From contig CAXUCT010000006.1 of assembly GCA_964249415.1 (NCBI GenBank), forward strand, positions 1 through 27,386: a stretch of 27,386 nucleotides of DNA, read 5' to 3'. The notes below the pieces were generated by a model that was given only the letters and a program-made list of their open reading frames with translations, did no database searches and was not told the origin of the DNA. This DNA comes from an uncultured Bryobacteraceae bacterium (GTDB taxonomy: Bacteria > Acidobacteriota > Terriglobia > Bryobacterales > Bryobacteraceae). Positions 17,390 to 25,816 of the stretch are shown piece by piece. The position numbers were made by a program, and so were the translations under genes. Within the stretch, counting starts at the first letter, position 1; every line of letters starts with the position of its first letter.

Positions 17390-18391
17390 ATGTCAGCACC
17401 TGCTGTTCAACCTATTACAAAAGTTAACCGTCCCTCTCTCCGTGGACATCTCGCCATCGCGCGCATGGATCATTGGGTCAAGAATGTTTTCGTGTTGCCC
17501 GGTATTCTTATTCCACTTGTTGTCGACCCGGGACACTGGCCGCCTCGCTTAGCGCTCCGAATCATCATCGGATTGGCGTCCGTCTGTCTTATTACCTCAA
17601 GCAACTACGTCATCAACGAGGTTCTCGATGCGCCGTCGGATCGTTTTCACCCTCTCAAGTCATCCCGCCCGGTGCCTTCGGGAAAAGTCAGCATCCCGCT
17701 TGCTTACGTGCAATGGCTCGCCTTGATGGTCGTGGGACTCGCGCTCGCCGCCACCATATCCGTGCCCTTCCTGCTTACAATGGCTGCCCTTTGGGTTATG
17801 GGTTGCGCTTACAACATCGCGCCCATACGGACGAAAGATGTGCCCTATCTGGACGTCCTATCCGAATCCGTCAACAATCCGCTACGCATGTTAGCTGGCT
17901 GGTTTATTACTGGCACCTCCCTAATCCCTCCCGCCTCTCTCCTGTTCAGTTACTGGATGATTGGCTGTTACTTCATGGCTTTGAAACGCTATGCCGAATA
18001 CCGCGACCTTGACAACGTGAAGGTCGCCGCGCTCTACCGTAAATCGTTTGCATTTTATACGGAAGAACGCCTCCTCGCTTCCGTTCTTTTTTACAGTTCC
18101 GCGGCCATGCTCTTCTTCGGCGCCTTTATCATGCGGTACCGGTTGGAACTCCTCCTCGCCATCCCGTTAATCGCATTGGTTATGGCCTTCTATTTGGACC
18201 TGTCGTTCAAGCCCAATAGTGCGGTCCAACGGCCTGAAGGTTTATATCGCGAGCGCGGGCTGGTGGCCTCCGTCGTAGCATGCGCCATCTTCATCTTGGT
18301 CCTGTTCATGGTGGACATCCCCTGGGTGCGATCCATCTTCGCCCCCACCATCCCCACTGAGAGCGTTGTAAATACTCTGCCCGCGAGGTAG
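17390..18391 (+). CDS. UbiA-family prenyltransferase, polyprenyl-phosphate phosphoribosyltransferase (DPPR synthase, Rv3806c/NoeC-like)
   Basis: ARMDHWVKNVFV, SSNYVINEVLDAPSDRFHPLKSSRPVPSGKV, ALKRYAE and multiple TM helices. These match the DPPR-synthase subgroup rather than quinone UbiA/MenA. Confidence 0.85.
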   Translation: MSAPAVQPITKVNRPSLRGHLAIARMDHWVKNVFVLPGILIPLVVDPGHWPPRLALRIIIGLASVCLITSSNYVINEVLDAPSDRFHPLKSSRPVPSGKVSIPLAYVQWLALMVVGLALAATISVPFLLTMAALWVMGCAYNIAPIRTKDVPYLDVLSESVNNPLRMLAGWFITGTSLIPPASLLFSYWMIGCYFMALKRYAEYRDLDNVKVAALYRKSFAFYTEERLLASVLFYSSAAMLFFGAFIMRYRLELLLAIPLIALVMAFYLDLSFKPNSAVQRPEGLYRERGLVASVVACAIFILVLFMVDIPWVRSIFAPTIPTESVVNTLPAR

Positions 18392-18421
18392 CATGTTTCA
18401 ACACAACTGCGCCTTTCACAC

Positions 18422-20056
18422 ATGAACTCCGACACCGTCGCGCCATTTCACCAGGCCACGCCCGTTGCCGCCCTGCCCACTCTCGGCCTCACCCGCTCGC
18501 TACGTTTTGTGCCTTCGCTGCCCATTGCAATGGTGCTCATGGCCTTGCTCGCGCTGGGCTGTGGCTTAGCGAAAGGCGTTCTGTGGGGAGTGCCTCCGCC
18601 CGTTGCCCAGGATGAGTCCGGCTACCTTTTAAATGCCGACACGTTTGCCTCCGGTCGAATCACGAATCCAACACACCCCATGTGGCGGCACTTTGAATCT
18701 ATGTTTGTGATCCAACAGCCGACCTATACCAGCAAATACCCGCCCGGGCAGGGACTCGTGCTCGCATTGGGCCAAAAGGTGTTCGGCGAACCGATTGTTG
18801 GTGTGTGGCTGAGTACCGCTCTCGCCAGCGCGGCAATGTGTTGGATGTTTTGGCGATGGCTTACGCCTTCTTGGGCTCTCCTTGCTTCGCTCATCGCTGT
18901 CGCCCATCTCGTCGTCAACTACTGGAACTTCACCTATTGGGGAGGCTCCGTAGCGGCTCTGGGTGGCGCACTCGTCTTCGGAGGCTTGCGGCGTTTCCCG
19001 GCGGGTTTCCGTGCCATCGACGGCTTACTCGTCGGTCTCGGAATCGTCATCTTCGCTAATACCAGGCCCTTTGAAGGCTTGGTGACCTGCGCGGCGGCAG
19101 CGCTGGCTTTCGCTGCCTGGATGATTCGAGATCACATCCGCCTTCCAGTTGCCATCTTGCTCCGGATGTTTGTGCCGCTGGCTGCTGTCCTGGCGCTCGC
19201 CGCATTCTGGATCGGCTTCTATAACTACCGTACGACTGGTAGCGTGCTGACGTTTGCGCAAGGTGTTCACTCGGAGGCGTACTACCCGGTTCCGGTTTTG
19301 GTTTTCCAGCACCCTGGGCCGGCGCCTACGTTCGATCACGAGTACATGAGAGTTCAATACCTGAGGGACATTCAAGAGTTTCAAAAGCAACGGTCCATTC
19401 CCGGCTTCGTTGCCGCGGCCCGGACGAAGTTCCTGGCCATTTGGGGCTTCTACGTTGGCATCGGCCTTACACTGCCCTTGTTTGCGTTGCCGCTTCTTCT
19501 TAAGAATCCCTGGATGCGTTTTGCACTCTCCGTCTGCGCGGTGAGTCTGGCCGTGATGTTTTTTGAGACTTGGCTCTTTCCGCACTATGCTGCTCCTATT
19601 GCGCCGCTTTTATTCCTGATTCTGACCGAATGCCTGATAGCTCTCTCGCCTTGGCAGTGGCGCGGTCTACCGCTCGGCAGAGGACTCGTTGCTTTAGTCG
19701 TGCTCTTCCACATTGCTCTTGTCGGGTTCGCGATATTTCACCGTCCGCAATACATCGCGACCCGCGAGCCTTGGGCCCTCGCCCGGCAGCAAATCCTTCA
19801 GCGCCTTGGACATGACGGACACAATCATTTGGTGATCGTTCGCTACGCCGCCAATCACACGCCCGATGCGGAGTGGGTCTATAACAAAGCAGATCTCGAC
19901 AAGACACCGGTGGTCTGGGCCCACGAAATGTCAGGCGAGGATGAACGTAAAATCCTCAACTACTATTCGAATCGCTACGTTTGGCTGCTCGAAGCGGATA
20001 CCAAACCGCCCCGCCTTTCCCCTCTTCGCGCTGCCCTGCCTGTTTCCGTAAACTAA
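18422..20056 (+). CDS. GT-C-like membrane glycosyltransferase (paralog of 23048-24754)
   Basis: First loop [25 protein letters not shown] with acidic DE pair, KYPPGQG, NTRPFEG, many TM segments and C-terminal VIVRY...EWVYNKADLD..VVWA domain. Confidence 0.72.
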   Translation: MNSDTVAPFHQATPVAALPTLGLTRSLRFVPSLPIAMVLMALLALGCGLAKGVLWGVPPPVAQDESGYLLNADTFASGRITNPTHPMWRHFESMFVIQQPTYTSKYPPGQGLVLALGQKVFGEPIVGVWLSTALASAAMCWMFWRWLTPSWALLASLIAVAHLVVNYWNFTYWGGSVAALGGALVFGGLRRFPAGFRAIDGLLVGLGIVIFANTRPFEGLVTCAAAALAFAAWMIRDHIRLPVAILLRMFVPLAAVLALAAFWIGFYNYRTTGSVLTFAQGVHSEAYYPVPVLVFQHPGPAPTFDHEYMRVQYLRDIQEFQKQRSIPGFVAAARTKFLAIWGFYVGIGLTLPLFALPLLLKNPWMRFALSVCAVSLAVMFFETWLFPHYAAPIAPLLFLILTECLIALSPWQWRGLPLGRGLVALVVLFHIALVGFAIFHRPQYIATREPWALARQQILQRLGHDGHNHLVIVRYAANHTPDAEWVYNKADLDKTPVVWAHEMSGEDERKILNYYSNRYVWLLEADTKPPRLSPLRAALPVSVN

Positions 20057-20063
20057 CGCCGCC

Positions 20064-21284
20064 GTGGCCACTGCACTTCTCACCAATAGCCGGGGAATTT
20101 CATCCCGAGTCCGGCAGATTGTCAACATCCGCATACCGGAGCTGGACGGTCTGCGCGGATGCGCCATCCTTCTCGTTCTCCTGTTCCACTGCGGTACCTT
20201 CAATGCCACCAACTGGCAGGCGAGGCTGTTGCGGCTGGGTACTGGAGTGAGTCTCGGCTGGTCGGGAGTGGATCTTTTCTTCGTCCTTTCAGGCTTCCTC
20301 ATCACCGGAATCCTGCTTGAGACCAAGGGTTGCTTCAACTATTTCTCCTCTTTCTACGCGCGCCGCGTACTGCGCATCTTTCCGTTGTACATGGCCTTCG
20401 TGCTGATCTTCTTTTGGATCGCTCTCCCGATTGCTCATGCGTTCGGCCATGGCATGGAGATAAAGTACTCCGCCCAGATCTGGTATTGGCTCTATGTATC
20501 GAACTGGCGGGTCGGCCTCGGACTTACTCACGAAGATTATTTGAACCACTTCTGGTCGCTGGCTATCGAGGAGCAGTTCTACCTCATTTGGCCGTTGGTC
20601 GTTTCCCTTATTTCTGAGCGGCTACTGCTGAGGTTGTGCGGCGTCATTATCGTAGGCTGTCTCGCGCTGCGCACTTCGCTGGTCCACCTGCTTCCCGCCG
20701 CGGCCATCAATTTTCTCACCCCTTTCCGCATCGATACGCTCGCGTTTGGAGCGGTCGTTTGTCTCCTCTTCAGGAACGCTGACTGGTTAGCGCGCTATCG
20801 ACGGCAGAACACTCGCGTCCTCTGGGCAGCGAGCTTAGGGCTGATTATTCTGGTGGTCTTCTGCGGCGCGGTCAGTGTCGAGCATATCGCCGTCCGGACT
20901 ATCGGGTACACGCTATTCGCGGCCTTTTACGCCTCCTTAGTCTTCGGAGCCGCCGCGAGTTCCGGTGCAGCCGGTTCGTTCGTCACTGTCCTGCGCAGCC
21001 GTTTTCTAAGGACTTTCGGAAAATATAGTTACGGCATCTATGTCATACACATGCCGGTGTACATCATCGTTCGTCATCTTCTTAACCGGCTTAGCGAGCA
21101 CTGGCATCGCGACTACAACGCGCCTTTTGCCTTTCTGTGCGTAGTGGCATGCTCGCTTATCTCGTATGGACTCGCGCGCGTGTCCTGGAAATTGCTCGAA
21201 CAGCCGTTCCTTCGCATGAAGGAACGTTTTCCCTATTGCCTGGATTCCAACATTGAGCCAAACACTAACAGATCATCAGGTTGA
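20064..21284 (+). CDS. Acyltransferase-3 family (OafA/OatA-like) membrane O-acyltransferase
   Basis: RIPELDGLRG, GVDLFFVLSGFLIT, FYARRVLRIFPLY, HFWSLAIEEQFY, FGKYSYGIYVIH and LEQPF. GTG start. Confidence 0.93.
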   Translation: MATALLTNSRGISSRVRQIVNIRIPELDGLRGCAILLVLLFHCGTFNATNWQARLLRLGTGVSLGWSGVDLFFVLSGFLITGILLETKGCFNYFSSFYARRVLRIFPLYMAFVLIFFWIALPIAHAFGHGMEIKYSAQIWYWLYVSNWRVGLGLTHEDYLNHFWSLAIEEQFYLIWPLVVSLISERLLLRLCGVIIVGCLALRTSLVHLLPAAAINFLTPFRIDTLAFGAVVCLLFRNADWLARYRRQNTRVLWAASLGLIILVVFCGAVSVEHIAVRTIGYTLFAAFYASLVFGAAASSGAAGSFVTVLRSRFLRTFGKYSYGIYVIHMPVYIIVRHLLNRLSEHWHRDYNAPFAFLCVVACSLISYGLARVSWKLLEQPFLRMKERFPYCLDSNIEPNTNRSSG

Positions 21285-21297
21285 CGCGGCAAAGGCA

Positions 21298-23013
21298 ATG
21301 CGGAACCCGCTTGCTTCACGCCATCGCGTAGGTCTCCTGTGCGCCTTTCTGACGGCCCTGTGCATCCTCGCCACCTACCCGGTGCTCGAAATGGGGACGA
21401 ACGACGATTGGTCCTACGTTCGCACTGCGTTCGACATGGCGCGGACCGGCCACCTGCTTTACAACGGCTGGGCCACCGCCATGCTCGGCTGGCAAATTTA
21501 TTGGGGCGCTCTTTTCGTCAAGCTATTTGGCTTCTCGTTTCTCGCTGTCCGTCTTTCCACGTTGCCCTTGGCCGCAGCTTCGGGTTATCTCCTGTACCAG
21601 GTTTTTATCTGGTTTGGAGTCAACCCCCGCAATGCTGCGCTGGGCACGTTGACCGTTGTCGTCTCGCCTGTCTTCCTGCCGGTGGCGGCAAGCTTTATGA
21701 CGGACGTGCCCGGGTTCCTGCTTCTTCTCGCCTCGCTGTATGCCTGCCTCAAGGCCCTTGATGCCACGAAGAGTCAGACTGCTTTTGCCTGGCTCGCGAT
21801 AGCTACCGTTGTCAGCGTCGGCGGCGGAACCGCCCGGCAAACCGTCTGGTTGGGCGCCTTGGTCATTGTTCCTTCCACGGCTTGGCTGCTGCGCCGCTCG
21901 GCGGGCCTGCTGGCCGGTACCGCTGTTCTTTGGGTGGGTACTCTGGTGACGATCCTTGCGGTCATGCACTGGTATGCCCAGCAGCCCTACGCTATACCCG
22001 AGAAGTTCTTCGACCAAAGCCTCAAGTTGCGACTTCTGTCCACTCTCGCGCAGCAGACGCGGAACTCACTTCTCACGGTGCTGCTGGTCCTCTTTCCCGT
22101 GTTAACGGCTTACCTAACCGGCTTCCGAACGGTTTCAAAGAAGCTCGCCTTGGCAGTGTTCGCGGCTGCGATGTTGCTGATCGCCCTTCGAACGCACGGC
22201 GCACATTCACTGGTGCTGGCGCCCTGGCTGCCCAATATGATTTCCGAATACGGAGTCTTAGGAAACGGTGAGTTGGAAAACCTCGGAACAAAGCCCATCG
22301 TGCTTGGATTTTTCGTAAGACTCATTATCACCTTGGCCGTCTTCTTGGCCAGTTCCGTCTTTGTGGCTTCCTTATTTAACCGCGCTTCTTGGCTTGAGCC
22401 TGCAAAAAGGCTCGCGCCTTCCTGGTTTGTTACAGCCGTTCTCCTTGGCCCTCTCACGCTCGCCTACCTCCTCTTACTTACGCCGAGGGCTGCTTTTGCC
22501 ATCAATATTGACCGTTACCTCATTCCGGTATTCGCGCTGCTCTCCATCCCCATCCTGCGTTTCTATCAAGAGCGAGTGCAGGAGCGCGCGCCCGCCTACA
22601 GCTTTGCTGTACTGGCGCTCTTTACCCTCTACGGCGTAGCATCAACCCACGACTACTTCGCTACCAATCGCGCCCGCTTGACCGCGGCGGAAAACGTCAG
22701 AAGCAGCGGCGTCCCCCGCACCGCTATTCAGGGCGGTTGGGAATACGATGCCTGGACGCAACTGCAACTGGCCGGTTACATCAACGATTGGCGCATCGAA
22801 TATCCGCCGGATGCCTTTCACGAAACAAGCTTGCTGAAACTCCCGCAGCCATGCCGCTTCTGGTGGAGCAAATACACGCCTGTTATCACCCCTCGCTACT
22901 TTGTCGTGTTCTCTCCCCAACCATGCCTCGCGCCGTCCCGCTTTGCGCCTGTCCAGTACCGCACTTGGTTGCCGCCTTTTCAACGGGAGATCGATGTTCA
23001 GCAGCTGCCTTAG
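21298..23013 (+). CDS. GT-C (ArnT/PMT, GT39/GT83-like) membrane glycosyltransferase (alternative TTG start at 21253)
   Basis: MGTNDDWSY acidic loop after TM1, GHLLYNGW, SFMTDVP, about 12 TM segments by eye and a C-terminal soluble domain (IQGGWEYDAW). Confidence 0.78.
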   Translation: MRNPLASRHRVGLLCAFLTALCILATYPVLEMGTNDDWSYVRTAFDMARTGHLLYNGWATAMLGWQIYWGALFVKLFGFSFLAVRLSTLPLAAASGYLLYQVFIWFGVNPRNAALGTLTVVVSPVFLPVAASFMTDVPGFLLLLASLYACLKALDATKSQTAFAWLAIATVVSVGGGTARQTVWLGALVIVPSTAWLLRRSAGLLAGTAVLWVGTLVTILAVMHWYAQQPYAIPEKFFDQSLKLRLLSTLAQQTRNSLLTVLLVLFPVLTAYLTGFRTVSKKLALAVFAAAMLLIALRTHGAHSLVLAPWLPNMISEYGVLGNGELENLGTKPIVLGFFVRLIITLAVFLASSVFVASLFNRASWLEPAKRLAPSWFVTAVLLGPLTLAYLLLLTPRAAFAINIDRYLIPVFALLSIPILRFYQERVQERAPAYSFAVLALFTLYGVASTHDYFATNRARLTAAENVRSSGVPRTAIQGGWEYDAWTQLQLAGYINDWRIEYPPDAFHETSLLKLPQPCRFWWSKYTPVITPRYFVVFSPQPCLAPSRFAPVQYRTWLPPFQREIDVQQLP

Positions 23014-23047
23014 CTGCTCCTGAACTGGTTCATCCGGTTCCCACCCA

Positions 23048-24754
23048 ATGAAGATATTTTCTTCTAACGCCGATCTTCTGTTGCTGGAAGCTGCGGTGTA
23101 CTTCGCTGCCTCCATTGTCGCGATAATGTTCCCGCGCGTACGCCCGGCTTGGCTCCAATTGGCAAGACACGCATTTAAGCGCCTCGCCCAGCGGCGTGCA
23201 CTCGCCGTAGGCTTCGTGGTGGCATTTGTACTTGCCCTGCGGGGAGCACTGCTTCCTCTTTTGCCGCCGCCTGTGCCGGGTGTACATGACGAATTCAGCT
23301 ATCTCTTGGCCGCTGATACGTTCGCGTCGGGACGACTGACAAATCCGGCGCATCCGCTCTGGCAGTATTTCGAGAGCTTTCATATCATCCAGCACCCAAC
23401 ATACGCCTCCATGTATCCCCCGGCGCAAGGGTTGATGTTGGCGTTCGGGAAGGTAATCGGCGGAAGTCCCTGGATCGGCGTGTACCTCAGCGCGGCACTT
23501 ATGTGTGGCGCTATTTGCTGGATGCTCCAAGCTTGGGTACCGCCGCAATGGGCGCTCATGGGCGGCTTGATTGCCGCACTGCGATGGGGCATCTACAGTT
23601 ACTGGATGGAAAGCTATTGGGGCGGCGCGGTAGCCGCATTGGCCGGAGCGCTGGCCGTCGGTGCCCTTCTGCGCATCTTCAAGGAGCGGAGCGTTTGGCC
23701 GGCGGCGACATTGGGCATGGCATTGATCCTCCTCGCAAACAGCCGTCCCTATGAGGGCCTCCTCTTTACTGTTCCCGTCCTCGGCGCGCTTTGTCTCTGG
23801 ATGATCGGTAAGCATTCACCGAAAGCGCCGGTCTTATTAACGCGCGTAGTGCTCCCGCTAGTGGTTGTATCGGCGCTGGGAACGGCGGCAACCGGCTATT
23901 ACTTCTGGCGCGTGACCGGCAATCCGATGCGCATGCCCTATCAGGTAGACGAAGACACATACGCTGTGACCAACCCGCTTCTTTGGCAACCGCTGCGCCC
24001 GATTCCCGAATACCACAATGCGGTCATGCGCAGTTATTACCCCGTCCGTGAGATGGCCGCTTACCGGCAGGCGCATTCCTGGAATGGCTGGTTGCTGGAG
24101 ACATGGCGCAAGATCACTACTTTGGTCTTCTTCTACTTCTGGCCTGCCGTCTTGCCGGTGCTATTGGCAACACCTTTTTTATGGAGGAACCGCCGCGCTC
24201 GGTTCGCCCTCGTCGTTGCCGGCATTATGCTCCTCGGTCTGACACTTGAAATCTGGCCGATGATGCTGCATTACCACGCGCCGATTACCGGATTGATTGT
24301 CCTGCTCATCATCCAAACAATGCGTTACTGGCGGCATGTAAAGTGGCGCGGCCGGCCGGTGGGCGCCGCCATCTCCCGAACGATACCGCTATTCTGTGCG
24401 TCGCTCCTCCTTGTTCGGCTGGGCGCCGCCGTGCTTCACGTTCCCGTTCCAGACCACGGCATGACACCCTGGTTCTCGGTTGCATCCGGAAATCTGCAAC
24501 GCGCCAGAATCCTGCATTATCTGGAAGGCCAACCCGGCCGGCAACTGGTTGTGGTTCGATACCAACCGGATCACGATGCTGGTGACGAATGGGTGTATAA
24601 CGAAGCGGATATCGATAGTGCAAAAGTAGTTTGGGCCCGCGACGCCGGATTGAGAAATGATGCCCCGCTTCTCCGTTATTTCAATAGTCGCCATGTGTGG
24701 CTTCTGGAGGCCGATAAGACGCCGCCGCATCTGAGCCGCGGTCTTTGCCCATAG
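23048..24754 (+). CDS. GT-C-like membrane glycosyltransferase (paralog of 18422-20056)
   Basis: [40 protein letters not shown] and C-terminal VVVRY...[14 protein letters not shown]. Confidence 0.72.
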   Translation: MKIFSSNADLLLLEAAVYFAASIVAIMFPRVRPAWLQLARHAFKRLAQRRALAVGFVVAFVLALRGALLPLLPPPVPGVHDEFSYLLAADTFASGRLTNPAHPLWQYFESFHIIQHPTYASMYPPAQGLMLAFGKVIGGSPWIGVYLSAALMCGAICWMLQAWVPPQWALMGGLIAALRWGIYSYWMESYWGGAVAALAGALAVGALLRIFKERSVWPAATLGMALILLANSRPYEGLLFTVPVLGALCLWMIGKHSPKAPVLLTRVVLPLVVVSALGTAATGYYFWRVTGNPMRMPYQVDEDTYAVTNPLLWQPLRPIPEYHNAVMRSYYPVREMAAYRQAHSWNGWLLETWRKITTLVFFYFWPAVLPVLLATPFLWRNRRARFALVVAGIMLLGLTLEIWPMMLHYHAPITGLIVLLIIQTMRYWRHVKWRGRPVGAAISRTIPLFCASLLLVRLGAAVLHVPVPDHGMTPWFSVASGNLQRARILHYLEGQPGRQLVVVRYQPDHDAGDEWVYNEADIDSAKVVWARDAGLRNDAPLLRYFNSRHVWLLEADKTPPHLSRGLCP

Positions 24755-24820
24755 CCATCCCCGCCGGAGTCCCTAACGCCTACGAGCCATCCGATAATTA
24801 CAGATTGCGAGCGACCCCAT

Positions 24821-25816
24821 ATGATTTCTACCGTAATTCCTATCTTCAACGAAGAAGAGAACCTGCCCGAATTGCGACGGCGGGTGACGGCGGCGCTTGA
24901 TTACACAGGTAGCGGCTGGGAATTGATTCTTGTGAATGATGGCAGCAGAGACCGCTCCGAGCAGATCATTCGAAGCTACGCACGCGAAGACCCGCGCATC
25001 AAGCTGGTCTCGTTCTCGCGCAACTTCGGGCACCAGCCTGCCGTCACCGCCGGTATCCATCACGCCGGCGGCGGTTGCGTTGTGCTGATGGACGGCGACA
25101 TGCAAGATCCTCCGGAAATCATTCCGGAGATGGTAGCGAAATGGCGCGAGGGTTATCAAATCGTGCGCGCGGAACGCCATAGCCGCGCAGAAGGCGGCCT
25201 GCGCGGCCTCGGTTTCCGGCTCTTCTATCCTCTGCTCCGCAAAGTCACTGACCTGCCGGACGGCGGCGAGGCGGGCATCTTCGGCCTGATGGATCGCGTT
25301 GTAGTGGACGAGTTCAACAAGCTTCCGGAGCGCAACCGCTTTATTCCGGGGTTGCGCTCCTGGCTTGGGTATTCGCAAGCAAGCGTGTTCTATGACCGCC
25401 AGGACCGCGCCGCCGGACAGCCCAAGCAAACCCTGAGCCGCCTGATTAAATACGCGCTCGACGCCATGATCAGTTTCATCAACAATCCGCTGCGACTGGC
25501 TACCTGGATGGGAGTGATGATTTCGGCTTTCGCCTTCGTCATTGTGATGATCTATCTAATCGCGTACTTTGTGCAAACCAATCCGCCTCCTCGCGGATTC
25601 ACTTCGATTCTGATTGCGGTGCTCTTTCTAGGCGGAGTCCAACTCGTGTGCCTCGGCATCCTGGGCGAGTACATCGGCCGCATTTACGAAGAAACGAAGC
25701 AGCGCCCGCTTTACATAGTTCGAGACCTGGTGGGTTTCGGTTCCTCCGAAGCGGAGCGGCAAACTTCGCGTGCAACGGCCGCGGGCGTGAACGGCGCAGC
25801 CGGTTACGCCCGCTAG
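24821..25816 (+). CDS. GT2 polyprenol-phosphate glycosyltransferase (GtrB/ArnC/DPM1-like), catalytic motifs intact
   Basis: VIPIFNEEEN, VNDGSRDRS, FSRNFGHQPA, MDGDMQDPPE, ERNRFIPGLRSWLGY, two TM helices and GEYIGRIYEETKQRPLY. Confidence 0.92.
   Translation: MISTVIPIFNEEENLPELRRRVTAALDYTGSGWELILVNDGSRDRSEQIIRSYAREDPRIKLVSFSRNFGHQPAVTAGIHHAGGGCVVLMDGDMQDPPEIIPEMVAKWREGYQIVRAERHSRAEGGLRGLGFRLFYPLLRKVTDLPDGGEAGIFGLMDRVVVDEFNKLPERNRFIPGLRSWLGYSQASVFYDRQDRAAGQPKQTLSRLIKYALDAMISFINNPLRLATWMGVMISAFAFVIVMIYLIAYFVQTNPPPRGFTSILIAVLFLGGVQLVCLGILGEYIGRIYEETKQRPLYIVRDLVGFGSSEAERQTSRATAAGVNGAAGYAR

Noticed and set aside
23030-25429. Minus-strand ORFs 23030-23815 and 24773-25429
   Set aside because: Antisense to motif-supported GT-C and GT2 genes, with no recognisable domains.
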